A stretch of DNA of 64,000 nucleotides from a virus (taxonomy: Duplodnaviria; Caudoviricetes): positions 1 through 64,000 of IMG/VR virus record IMGVR_UViG_2889388703_000001, one strand, 5' to 3'. The position numbers and the translations under genes were made by a program. Positions within the stretch are counted from its first letter, which is position 1; the number at the start of each line of letters is the position of its first letter. The notes below the pieces were generated by a model, which was not told the origin of the DNA, did not search any database, and worked only from the letters and a program-made list of their open reading frames with translations. This document shows positions 9,915 to 18,170 of the stretch, piece after piece.

Positions 9915-10277
9915 TTATTTGCATTTCATTACATCACAAAAATTTTCGCTGTACAAATTGTCTTCCCCAGGATTTCCCTGAAACCATATCTGAATACCCA
10001 GGAATTTCGCCACCCTGAACTCGATTCTTGCTCCACGGCTTGACTTCCAGTTCTGCTGCAGGTAGATGTGACCGCAACGGGAAAGCAGCAGAATGTCCCA
10101 CACCATGTGCATCCAGTACGGGCGCGATGGTTTCAGTCCGAGAATGATAGGATTCACGGGAGTGAAACCCATCTCGGCAATCTCCTGATCTGCATTATCA
10201 AAGTTCTTGTATGCCTGCAGGTAGGAAAGACCGCCTATTTTACCGGAGTTATAGCATTTTATGTTTTTCTTTGCCAT
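9915..10277 (-). CDS. DUF4406 (nucleoside deoxyribosyltransferase-like) protein
   Basis: YNSGKIGG...VNP...DILLLSRCGHIYLQQNWKSSRGARIE. Confidence 0.8.
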   Translation of the reverse strand: MAKKNIKCYNSGKIGGLSYLQAYKNFDNADQEIAEMGFTPVNPIILGLKPSRPYWMHMVWDILLLSRCGHIYLQQNWKSSRGARIEFRVAKFLGIQIWFQGNPGEDNLYSENFCDVMKCK

Positions 10278-10366
10278 GTATTTCAGGTTTTACAAAGGGC
10301 TCCGCACGGATGCGGAACCCTGAATTTACAAATACCTTTTATCACCCAACATGTCATTGTATGACA

Positions 10367-10410
10367 TGGCAAATGTAACAATTTTAAACCGAAATCGCAT
10401 TAAAATCGTT
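10367..10410 (-). promoter_or_regulatory. Promoter/operator repeat, copy 1
   Basis: TGGCAAATGTAACAATTTTAA-N8-CGCATTAAAATCGTT; minus strand contains TACATTTG (-7 element); inverted AACAATTTTAA half-sites. Confidence 0.7.
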
Positions 10411-10418
10411 GCTAAATT

Positions 10419-10661
10419 TCATAAAACCTCCGATTTTATATGTATTCTTGCTGATGTAACAGATGCAATACGCTGAATAAGTGATAGATAAATGCCGCCT
10501 TTGTCTTTTATGGTAAGAACGACGCTTCGTTCTACTCCTTTTTTGGCATTCCGGATAGATATTTCGGGCTCTTTTCCTGCTTCAATCCACTCCATGAGTG
10601 CAGCCGCTGTGTACGACTGTTCGAAGCATAGAACGTAGGTCCGGTTGGCGAGTGTGAGCAT
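10419..10661 (-). CDS. Hypothetical protein
   Basis: ORF in operon. Confidence 0.55.
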   Translation of the reverse strand: MLTLANRTYVLCFEQSYTAAALMEWIEAGKEPEISIRNAKKGVERSVVLTIKDKGGIYLSLIQRIASVTSARIHIKSEVL

Positions 10662-10671
10662 AGAGTAAGGT

Positions 10672-11109
10672 TTACCAGTTCAGCAATGAAAAACGTCTGG
10701 AATGTTTGGGCTGCATCATTTCCATTTTCCGCAGTCGTTCGTCGTCAATCACCACATTCGGCACATCGCACGAGTCGCAGGATGGTTTCATTACACGCAC
10801 AATACCGAGCGCGACGGCCATCACCAGCAGTCGCTCGGCTGAATCGAGCGTGGCCCCTTCGTATCGGCTTCCGTGACCGCGTGCCAGAATCCATGGAGCG
10901 CCTTCCGGACGATTGCTGTAACGCATCACGCGAGGAAGTCCCTTCACAGCCGAAAGCACAAACATATATTTTTCTTCCAGCCGGCTACGGCAAAAGGTAT
11001 GCGCACCTTCCGTAAGTCCTGGAACGGTTACGGTTTCTCCGCAACGCTCGTTTGTGCGGTAGGTGGCATACTGGTATATGTGGTTTATTGTATCGGTGGT
11101 GACGTTCAT
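10672..11109 (-). CDS. Hypothetical protein
   Basis: ORF overlapping the MTase stop. Confidence 0.55.
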   Translation of the reverse strand: MNVTTDTINHIYQYATYRTNERCGETVTVPGLTEGAHTFCRSRLEEKYMFVLSAVKGLPRVMRYSNRPEGAPWILARGHGSRYEGATLDSAERLLVMAVALGIVRVMKPSCDSCDVPNVVIDDERLRKMEMMQPKHSRRFSLLNW

Positions 11110-11903
11110 GGCTTAAATAAATCTCCTTGTATCAGTTTACCGTTTGCGGTATTAATTCCTTTCTGGGCTGAAAATATTCTTTCCTGAGAAATGTCGAAAT
11201 ACTTCTTTTCTTTCTCATATCCGATAAAGTTACGCCCTGTATTCATGCAAGCTACACCGGTCGTTCCACTACCCATACAGTTGTCCATCACTGTATCACC
11301 TTCGTCTGTGTAAGTTCGTATGAGATATTCTAAAAGTGCTACTGGCTTCTGTGTAGGATGATAAAAGCTGTCATGCTCTTTGGGGATATCTATTACCGAA
11401 AGCGGATATTTCTCGTTGGTAAATACAGTATCTACTACCTTGAAATCTCCGTAACATTTATTATTTGATTGAACCCCTCTTACATTTCTTCCGTGATTCT
11501 TCTCCCCTATTGTCATTTGAGGATGATATACAGGAAGCTTCTGGTAGAATACCGCTATATCTTCGTGATTACGTAACGGCATACGGTTAGCATTCAGGAA
11601 TCCGGATGAACGTGTACCTTTCTTCCAGATTAAATTGTATCTCCACATTTTTGGATTGCTAATCATCAGACGGGCTGTAAACATTCCCTGACAGAATAAG
11701 ATAATAGCACCGTTTGGTTTTATCAGTCTGCGATACTGACTCCAAAGTTCATCAAGAGGAAGTTCCGTATCCCATTTTGCATGAGGATTCTGTTTATTCA
11801 GCACACCATACGGAAGATCACATATAATACAGTCCAAGGAATGAGCTTCCAAAGAAGCCATTCCTATCATACAATCCATATTGAAAATACTTGCTTGCGG
11901 CAT
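11106..11903 (-). CDS. DNA adenine/N4-cytosine methyltransferase (beta class)
   Basis: DLPY catalytic motif, HPTQKP, DNCMGSGTT SAM motif. Confidence 0.9.
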   Translation of the reverse strand: MPQASIFNMDCMIGMASLEAHSLDCIICDLPYGVLNKQNPHAKWDTELPLDELWSQYRRLIKPNGAIILFCQGMFTARLMISNPKMWRYNLIWKKGTRSSGFLNANRMPLRNHEDIAVFYQKLPVYHPQMTIGEKNHGRNVRGVQSNNKCYGDFKVVDTVFTNEKYPLSVIDIPKEHDSFYHPTQKPVALLEYLIRTYTDEGDTVMDNCMGSGTTGVACMNTGRNFIGYEKEKKYFDISQERIFSAQKGINTANGKLIQGDLFKP

Positions 11904-11907
11904 ACCA

Positions 11908-12492
11908 CTATCTCACTACAAGATTATTCTTTTCAACCAGATGCACACAGTTTATTTGAGCCAGGCAGTCGGCCAGCGGAGTGTGTCTGTCCGCCACCTT
12001 CGGAGGAAGAAGACCTGCACTATCCAGAGCATCCATATACGGACGCACATCGCGCACTTTCCGGAAGTTCCACGGAAGCACTTCTTCGTCGCATCTGTAC
12101 ACGTTCAAGTTATACCATGAATACATGGAACGAAGCATAGCCACGTCGAAATCCAGCTGAAGACACCATAACGTGAAGTCCCTTTCTTCGTCTGTATCAG
12201 CAAGAAATTCCATAAATTCTTCAAAAAAATCCACCAGCGGTGTTTCTACACCTTCCACAAATTCGCGCCGTGCTTCGTCCGACTGCATCATCCACCATTT
12301 AAGTGTAGATGCTTCTACCTTAAAACCGTATCGCATGGAATCGGTAAGGTCTATTTTCCACACCTTCTGTCGTCCGGTTTCACCCGTTTGCGGGTCAAAC
12401 TCTACGGCAGCCACCGAACGGACCACGCTTCCAGGTGTCCTTCCCAGCGTTTCCGTATCTATCATTACATGCTTGAATTTCTTCTCTCCCAT
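11908..12492 (-). CDS. DEDD 3'-5' exonuclease (Rv2179c/DUF5051-like)
   Basis: HVMIDTETLG, TLKWWM, FDVAML, RDVR, HTPLADC. Confidence 0.85.
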   Translation of the reverse strand: MGEKKFKHVMIDTETLGRTPGSVVRSVAAVEFDPQTGETGRQKVWKIDLTDSMRYGFKVEASTLKWWMMQSDEARREFVEGVETPLVDFFEEFMEFLADTDEERDFTLWCLQLDFDVAMLRSMYSWYNLNVYRCDEEVLPWNFRKVRDVRPYMDALDSAGLLPPKVADRHTPLADCLAQINCVHLVEKNNLVVR

Positions 12493-12611
12493 AATCTTTC
12501 ATTTATGTTGAATCAGTCCGTCTTTACCCACACGGCGTTTCTGGTCTTCCGTAGCTTTTTCTTTCGGGAATCTTCCGTGCCATTTTCCTGGCACAAATAA
12601 AACATCCCATG

Positions 12612-12746
12612 TCAATCCTCCATCATTTGTTTTATCATTTTCAGTAGTTCTTTAAATGCAGAAACAGTTATTCCTATTGCAAAAAGAATACTCCATCCAA
12701 AAGCTACACATAATATAACAACCAGAAAAATATTAAACGGATTCAT
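12612..12746 (-). CDS. Small membrane protein (44 aa, not in ORF track)
   Basis: MNPFNIFLVVILCVAFGWSILFAIGITVSAFKELLKMIKQMMED, read manually. Confidence 0.45.
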   Translation of the reverse strand: MNPFNIFLVVILCVAFGWSILFAIGITVSAFKELLKMIKQMMED

Positions 12747-12939
12747 TATTTCTTTTGTATATAGGTTTTTCACGAAGCACATCCAGTGCCATGTCGGCCT
12801 TTCGCACCATGGTCAGCGTTTCCGACGCATAGAGGTCGCCGGCAGCCATGCGTGCCAGAAGTATCTCGCGGTATTCCGCACGCGAAACTACTTCACCGAT
12901 TACCGGAGGCTTTCGGAAAAGATTCACCTGGTAGCTCAT
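12733..12939 (-). CDS. Hypothetical protein
   Basis: ORF with coupled start/stop. Confidence 0.55.
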   Translation of the reverse strand: MSYQVNLFRKPPVIGEVVSRAEYREILLARMAAGDLYASETLTMVRKADMALDVLREKPIYKRNNESV

Positions 12940-13415
12940 ACTTTCTTCCGTTTTGAATCAAACTCCTGCTGGAGGATGGTTTCGTATTCCTCGCCCAGCG
13001 GATAGCGGCTGCACAGGTACGCCTTTCCGTTGTAGATAAACCACTGAGGAGTGTGCTGGCGGTTTATGGGAATGCCAAACGCCACCCGGAAATCGTCGGA
13101 GGTCACGTCCGGCAGGTCCATGATTTTACGTGCTATCTCCTGCCCTTTCTCGTTCTGCATATTCGGTATATATTCTCCCTTACCGATAAACTGGTAGGCA
13201 AAAAGGTTGGGAACTCTATGGAACTTCAGGCTTCCGATTCCTACTCCCGGGAACAGCCGTCCCGGACGATCCGTTCGCGATTCAGCACCCAGACTGGCAG
13301 CCAGTTCGTTGGCCGCTTCCACCGCTCTATTCCCTTTCTCAATCAGTTCCTGAATGCAGCGTCCGCGATGCGTGTTCGATAGCGACACCTTGTAGTAATA
13401 TCTTTTTTCTTCCAT
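12936..13415 (-). CDS. Hypothetical protein
   Basis: 159 aa ORF in operon. Confidence 0.6.
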   Translation of the reverse strand: MEEKRYYYKVSLSNTHRGRCIQELIEKGNRAVEAANELAASLGAESRTDRPGRLFPGVGIGSLKFHRVPNLFAYQFIGKGEYIPNMQNEKGQEIARKIMDLPDVTSDDFRVAFGIPINRQHTPQWFIYNGKAYLCSRYPLGEEYETILQQEFDSKRKKV

Positions 13416-13528
13416 GCCGTTTTCAGATAAATTGTTTTATAAGACTAATGATTCCATACAGGCAGAATCCTACTACCAGTACCAGGCCAATCAGGATAAG
13501 GCATCCCTTCATGGCCATCTTCTTCAAT

Positions 13529-13894
13529 TCATTCATAATCCACTCCTTTCTCCAGCGTCATGCCGGGAATGTAATACATTCCGCAGTTGTTCAGTTTTTC
13601 GAGCGCCGTCTGGATGCTCTTCTGTGAATTATTCACGTAGTTCACCAGATAAGCTTTCTTCCCGTTGTACATAGCAGGAATGAATACCGGCATCACCTGG
13701 TTCCACGGCAGCACACCTCGCGGCACATTACGCATCAGGCAGTCGTCTGTGGGAATTTCCTCGGCATCCTTTGGCAGATGTTCAAGAAAAATGTGTGAGT
13801 CGCCTTCCTCGGCGAGCGCAGTAATAAGGGGATTTTGCAGTTTCGAAAACAGAGCTTTGTTAAGCTCCCTGCGTCGTTGATTAGTGTAGATCAT
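13529..13894 (-). CDS. Hypothetical protein
   Basis: ORF; the track start (13969) lies inside the promoter, so MIYTNQ is the likelier start. Confidence 0.55.
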   Translation of the reverse strand: MIYTNQRRRELNKALFSKLQNPLITALAEEGDSHIFLEHLPKDAEEIPTDDCLMRNVPRGVLPWNQVMPVFIPAMYNGKKAYLVNYVNNSQKSIQTALEKLNNCGMYYIPGMTLEKGVDYE

Positions 13895-13935
13895 TTGCCC
13901 TGCTTTAATGGTTAATTCATTGTTTTTCTTTTGCA

Positions 13936-13980
13936 TGGCAAATGTAACAATTTTAAGCAAGAATCGCATTAAAATTGTAT
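13936..13980 (-). promoter_or_regulatory. Promoter/operator repeat, copy 2
   Basis: TGGCAAATGTAACAATTTTAA-N8-CGCATTAAAATTGT. Confidence 0.7.
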
Positions 13981-13989
13981 CTAAAATTC

Positions 13990-14021
13990 AAAAAAACCAC
14001 CGGTTCACGCCTGAACCGGTG
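13990..14021 (-). terminator. Intrinsic terminator ending the early island transcript
   Basis: CACCGGTTCA/TGAACCGGTG stem with an A-run on its left (U-tract on minus strand). Confidence 0.7.
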
Positions 14022-14052
14022 CTGAATATCAATTAATTGAAGTGTATGTTTT

Positions 14053-14472
14053 TTATCTTCTGTTTTCCTCTTCAATGTTGGCAATCATTTCCTCGTAAAC
14101 TTGCGGAGTTATTGCCGGGTCCTCGGTGTCGGTCGTACCGATTTGACGTATCACCACCTCACAGCCCAGGAAGTGAGCCATGCGCAGGAAGTTCACTATG
14201 TGTGTGTCTTTCCCACGAGAGATGTCGCGGATAGCTTCGTAGGAAACGCCCGTATCTTTGTCGGCCGTCATGAAGTTAACTCCGCAAATCTCCGCACGGG
14301 TGAACAGGAATTTACCTATTTCCTTGGCCGATTTAATGGCACTGTCCGGATAACGCGGAGGATTTGTCGGCAGATTCAGTGCACGATGAATGTTGTAACG
14401 GCGGTATCTTACCACCAGGTAGCCTGCACAAAGCAGGACGCAGATAACTGAGAAAATTGTTGTTCCGTCCAT
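14053..14472 (-). CDS. Membrane-anchored XRE-type HTH protein
   Basis: N-terminal hydrophobic helix; TGVSYEAIRDISRGKDTHIVNFLRMAHFLGCEV HTH. Confidence 0.65.
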   Translation of the reverse strand: MDGTTIFSVICVLLCAGYLVVRYRRYNIHRALNLPTNPPRYPDSAIKSAKEIGKFLFTRAEICGVNFMTADKDTGVSYEAIRDISRGKDTHIVNFLRMAHFLGCEVVIRQIGTTDTEDPAITPQVYEEMIANIEEENRR

Positions 14473-14476
14473 AATT

Positions 14477-14704
14477 TTACTCTATTTCGTTTAAACTTTC
14501 AATTGATTCTTCAATGCTTGAAAGGGCTTCTTCCATATATTCTATGTACTCTTGCATCCGCTCTCCTTTTTCTGATTCCTGGAAAGACTCAGGGAGGTTA
14601 TCAAAGGCTTCCTGTTCTTCGTCTTTGAGTTCTTCAAGTTCCTCATATACTTTTCTCAACGACTCTCTTACGTCTTCGATTTCTTTTCTTCTTTTTTTAT
14701 TCAT
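14477..14704 (-). CDS. Small, very acidic coiled-coil protein
   Basis: 75 aa, E/D-rich. Confidence 0.75.
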   Translation of the reverse strand: MNKKRRKEIEDVRESLRKVYEELEELKDEEQEAFDNLPESFQESEKGERMQEYIEYMEEALSSIEESIESLNEIE

Positions 14705-14727
14705 ACGTTTATAATTTAAAAATGAAG

Positions 14728-14803
14728 AAGGCCGGCGGGGTATTACTCTCCGTCGGCCTTTGCTCTAACTTAAAATTCCGCTTCACAGCGGCAGGAAATT
14801 ATG
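14728..14803 (-). repeat. Inverted leader module A (hairpin + anti-start-region sequence with GUGA tetraloop)
   Basis: Plus strand: GGCCGGCGG..CCGTCGGCC, TCTAACTTAAAA, CCGCTTCACAGCGG, GGAAATTATG. Confidence 0.8.
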
Positions 14804-14847
14804 AATTATTTTATGTGTAAATTTTTTCTTTTTAGAATAATGTTTTA

Positions 14848-14855
14848 TACATTTG
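14848..14855 (+). promoter_or_regulatory. Bacteroidetes -7 promoter element for the crRNA-like unit
   Basis: TACATTTG matches TAnnTTTG; no perfect -33 TTTG. Confidence 0.55.
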
Positions 14856-14948
14856 CATTGTCCTTCAATGGAATTGAAACAATTTCTACTATTTGTAGAT
14901 TATAAAAAGTAAGCTTACTCTTTTAATCGTACCAGAAGGATTTTAAAA
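14851..14948 (+). CRISPR. Solitary mini-array / crRNA mimic: type I-B-like repeat halves around a 39-nt spacer that starts with a Cas12a-type repeat
   Basis: ...ATGGAATTGAAAC (ends 14880), then AATTTCTACTATTTGTAGAT (14881-14900), TATAAAAAGTAAGCTTACT, then CTTTTAATCGTACCAGAAGGA (from 14920); no cas genes in the window. Confidence 0.7.
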
Positions 14949-14973
14949 GGCTACCATGCGGTAGCCTTTTTTT
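14945..14973. terminator. Bidirectional intrinsic terminator
   Basis: AAAAGGCTACC-ATGC-GGTAGCCTTTTTTT. Confidence 0.85.
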
Positions 14974-15598
14974 ATTCTTCGTCATCAAACATACTTCTTT
15001 CAGAAACTTCACATATACAGAAGTTTTTATTTTCGTACTGAGAGAATCTGAAATAATATTTTTCTCCTTTTACTTCGGCAATACCTCGTTTGTATTCTGG
15101 TCTTTCTAATGTATAGAACTCATTCAGTATTTCCTTTTCAAGTTCACTATCTTCATATTCATATTCTGCACCTACTTCTTCACCACCGATAATAGCAGAA
15201 CGATTGTTGTGTCCGTCCCAATATTGAATAGCTTCACATTCTATGTAGTATGCTTCGTCCTCCTCAAATTTACTGATGAAATCGTTGATTTCTTTCTCTT
15301 TTTCTTTAAGTCCTATATCTTCTGCATTGTCAATGGTAAGGTCGTTCTTATCGTATTCCATATCAGAGAATGACTCTCCAAATATTTCAACCCCTTTCGC
15401 TTTCATTTCATTTTCCATGCTGTCACAATAGCAGTTCTTCAGTGAATAGTCTCCGGCTGCTTCTGCGTCAAGTTGCTGTCCGTATTGATCATAGCAGTCA
15501 TGCAGATTTACTTTTTTTACAACATCGGCAGCAATGATATACATTTCGTTGTTATCCCATTTGGAAACAATCACTTTAAGTTTCTTATCTTCAAACAT
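14972..15598 (-). CDS. Highly acidic hypothetical protein (anti-defence/DNA-mimic candidate)
   Basis: 208 aa, strongly D/E-rich; located in the island. Confidence 0.75.
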   Translation of the reverse strand: MFEDKKLKVIVSKWDNNEMYIIAADVVKKVNLHDCYDQYGQQLDAEAAGDYSLKNCYCDSMENEMKAKGVEIFGESFSDMEYDKNDLTIDNAEDIGLKEKEKEINDFISKFEEDEAYYIECEAIQYWDGHNNRSAIIGGEEVGAEYEYEDSELEKEILNEFYTLERPEYKRGIAEVKGEKYYFRFSQYENKNFCICEVSERSMFDDEE

Positions 15599-15723
15599 AA
15601 TTCTATACAGTTTTTTTCGTGTGCCTCACGATTCAGATTAAACATTGCTGGCTGGCGGAGTATCACTCTCCGTCGGCCTTTGCTCTAACTTAAAACTCCG
15701 CTTCACAGCGGCAGGAAATTATG
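15599..15723 (-). repeat. Inverted leader module B
   Basis: TATACAGTTTTT-CGTGTGCCTCACG-GATTAAACATT, GAGTATCACTC hairpin, TCTAACTTAAAA-CCGCTTCACAGCGG-GGAAATTATG. Confidence 0.8.
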
Positions 15724-15730
15724 ATTATTA

Positions 15731-15970
15731 TCATTTCAGAAAACATAATCCGCAACGGTATTCTTTCTTATCTTCCGGAACTTCATATTCTAGCAGGTAT
15801 TCCGCAAAGAAATCTTTCGCTTCCTCTTCAGTTCCGTTTACATCTTCACAAGCGCTGTCGTCTAAAATTATTTTCCCATCACATACAAGACGGTAGTATC
15901 CGCTTATGGACTGTTCGCATTCAAAATTCTTTCCTGTTGCTTTTACTACATCCTCAAAACTAGCTTTCAT
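15731..15970 (-). CDS. Small acidic hypothetical protein
   Basis: 79 aa, flanked by repeat modules. Confidence 0.7.
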   Translation of the reverse strand: MKASFEDVVKATGKNFECEQSISGYYRLVCDGKIILDDSACEDVNGTEEEAKDFFAEYLLEYEVPEDKKEYRCGLCFLK

Positions 15971-16093
15971 GACTCTATACAGTTTTTTCCGTGTGCCTCA
16001 CGATTTGATTAAACATTTGTAGTCCGACTGAGTATTACTCCCAGCCGGACTTTACTCTAACTTAATACTTCGCTTCACAGCGATATGGAATAT
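15971..16093 (-). repeat. Inverted leader module C
   Basis: Same architecture as B (TCTAACTTAATA, CGCTTCACAGCG, GGAATAT). Confidence 0.75.
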
Positions 16094-16097
16094 AATA

Positions 16098-16403
16098 TTA
16101 TTCCTTAATACTATTAAAAATGCTTCTATATATCTTGTTTATTTCCTCAACAGTTAAGAGTTTATTTTTAAGCTCCAATAAACATTCTTCAAAGGTTTCA
16201 CGTTTCGTATAACAGAAACGACTTCCTCCAACAGCATTATATTCAACTGTATTATTCCCTAACGTAATACTCAGATGGTTAGCACCATTAATGTGTATAT
16301 AACCATGGCATTCATCCACGCCCACGCTATACCCTTTCCCTATTTTTTCAACTTCTTTTTCTAGAGATTTGATAAATTTTTTTTGTTCTTGATTGAAACA
16401 CAT
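16098..16403 (-). CDS. Hypothetical protein
   Basis: Start moved to MCFNQ at 16403, next to the repeated leader. Confidence 0.65.
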   Translation of the reverse strand: MCFNQEQKKFIKSLEKEVEKIGKGYSVGVDECHGYIHINGANHLSITLGNNTVEYNAVGGSRFCYTKRETFEECLLELKNKLLTVEEINKIYRSIFNSIKE

Positions 16404-16514
16404 AATAATATACAGTTTTACGTGTGTCTCACGATTTATATTAAACATTTGTAGCCCGAAAGAGTATCACCTCCGCCGGACTTGTTCTAACTTAAAACTA
16501 ACTTGTGGAATTAT
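16404..16514 (-). repeat. Inverted leader module D
   Basis: CGTGTGTCTCACG, GAGTATCAC hairpin, TCTAACTTAAAACTAACTTGTGGAATTAT (no GUGA hairpin). Confidence 0.7.
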
Positions 16515-16588
16515 TTTGTTAACGGTTTATATGTATTTCCCATAATTCTAAAAGTTTGACGTTGTAAATATAGTCATTTTTCACAAGT

Positions 16589-16668
16589 AGCCGAAGGAAA
16601 ATCACTTTTCCTACGGCTGATTTACTAACTTAAAAACTAACGCTTCACAGCGTGACCGATGGAATTAT
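16589..16668 (-). repeat. Inverted leader module E
   Basis: AGCCGAAGGAAAATCACTTTTCCTACGGCT hairpin, CTAACTTAAAAA, CGCTTCACAGCG, GGAATTAT. Confidence 0.7.
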
Positions 16669-16877
16669 AGTATCCAATCAATTTTTTCTAATTCTTCTTT
16701 CTCTTTTGGAGTTAATGAACACAGAAAATCACAATTACTATAGTATTCACCATTTTCTTCCGGATCTAAAAATGAACTTTCAGAAGCACTAACTATTTTC
16801 TGTATGGCATAATATAATTCTAAACTTATACCAGTTATGCTTACCGTTCCGTTCTTATTAAATCTTGTTCTGCTCAT
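16665..16877 (-). CDS. Small hypothetical protein
   Basis: Start moved to MSRTRF at 16877, after the conserved leader. Confidence 0.65.
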   Translation of the reverse strand: MSRTRFNKNGTVSITGISLELYYAIQKIVSASESSFLDPEENGEYYSNCDFLCSLTPKEKEELEKIDWIL

Positions 16878-16944
16878 AATTCTTTTTATTTTATAGTTAC
16901 ACATCGGTTCCGGACCAGGATGCAAACCTGAATCCGGAAGTAGG

Positions 16945-17406
16945 TTAGATGCGCATCATGTCAAGACACTGTTTCATAGGTATAAGTTCGTCACCAAAGC
17001 ATTGTTGCAGGAAATTGTAAGACAGCTTAAAATTTCCTTTTACGCTTCTTATTTTAAATATCTTACCTTCACACAATGACCTGAGATTTTCATCGTCATT
17101 AAGCATCCAGAATAGTTTTTCTAAGGAGTATTTTGGAAGCATCCCAGATATTTGCAATTTACCTACAGGGTGAACTTCTTTAGGAACATCCATTACTGTT
17201 ACTTCGGCAGCAAAAATAGGAAAATCAATTATAGAATCTTGTAAATCGTTTAGATTGTTATCGTCACCTTCATATAGGAAAGCATATTTTCTGAATCTGC
17301 TCCATATCCCGGGTTTAAGAATACTTTTGGATATTTCTACTGGTTCACCTTTCATGAATGTTTCACCATTAGCTACTTTCTCGATTAAATTCTTTTCTAC
17401 TTTCAT
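16945..17406 (-). CDS. Hypothetical early protein
   Basis: ORF with conserved leader. Confidence 0.7.
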   Translation of the reverse strand: MKVEKNLIEKVANGETFMKGEPVEISKSILKPGIWSRFRKYAFLYEGDDNNLNDLQDSIIDFPIFAAEVTVMDVPKEVHPVGKLQISGMLPKYSLEKLFWMLNDDENLRSLCEGKIFKIRSVKGNFKLSYNFLQQCFGDELIPMKQCLDMMRI

Positions 17407-17470
17407 AATTCCAAAATTTTAGTTAGACAATGGTTCTCGTACCAATCTTTTAAATCGGTACGAAATTTTC

Positions 17471-17770
17471 TTAGCGAGCTTTTTCTATTTCCTGGTTGTA
17501 ATTGTTTTGCAGAAAATACATGTCCTCATTATAAAGTACATTCAGATAATTCAGTATTTTCTTCTTACTTCTTACTTTCTTTAGCTTTGATATGCTACCC
17601 ATTCCATTGCTGTCAGTTCTTACATCGCCATTTTTAAATATTAAAAGAATACATCCTGTACATCCTTCCCAATCTGTTATGATTTCTCCTACTTGGAATT
17701 TACCATATTCTTTTACTTCGCTTTTATTGGCATAGTGACGAAAATAATGTTTCTCAATATTTATTACCAT
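17471..17770 (-). CDS. Hypothetical early protein
   Basis: ORF with conserved leader. Confidence 0.7.
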   Translation of the reverse strand: MVINIEKHYFRHYANKSEVKEYGKFQVGEIITDWEGCTGCILLIFKNGDVRTDSNGMGSISKLKKVRSKKKILNYLNVLYNEDMYFLQNNYNQEIEKAR

Positions 17771-17841
17771 AATTCCTTGTTTTTAAGTTAGACGATAGTA
17801 CCGGGCTAAGATTGCAGGCTTAGACCGGTTAGTAGCTAATT

Positions 17842-18102
17842 TCATTTACGAGGTCTTATTTTTCTGAACTTACCTTCATAATCAGCATTTACATGTCCTG
17901 ATTGAGAAAGGGTTATATTCCTACTTCTTCGATACATTTTATATTCTCCCCACCAATATGCGTTATATTTCTTACGCATATACTTGAGAAGATTTATAAC
18001 TTCGTCTGGCTGTTCCCTTGAATATTCAAACCATTCTGAAATGCCACCTTCCCCATCATTATCAAATACAACTACCAATAATCCTGACTTTTGATTTCCC
18101 AT
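17842..18102 (-). CDS. Hypothetical early protein
   Basis: ORF with conserved leader. Confidence 0.7.
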   Translation of the reverse strand: MGNQKSGLLVVVFDNDGEGGISEWFEYSREQPDEVINLLKYMRKKYNAYWWGEYKMYRRSRNITLSQSGHVNADYEGKFRKIRPRK

Positions 18103-18170
18103 AATTCCTTATTTTTAAGTTAGACAATAGCAGCCGGAGGAAGAATCAATCTCCCGTCCGGCCAAAGAAA

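Noticed and set aside
14868-14912. 14-aa ORF MELKQFLLFVDYKK, or a late promoter (TGTCCTTCA at 14859), as the explanation of the crRNA-like locus
   Set aside because: Neither explains three separate CRISPR-repeat-like blocks in the right order and spacing. The 9-mer can occur by chance (another lies at about 62902 inside a CDS) and the downstream box is imperfect. Not fully excluded.
14728-16668. TIGR-type or other known guide-RNA array
   Set aside because: The units are separated by genes, have no box C/D-like repeats or variable dual spacers, and no Nop-domain protein was recognised.
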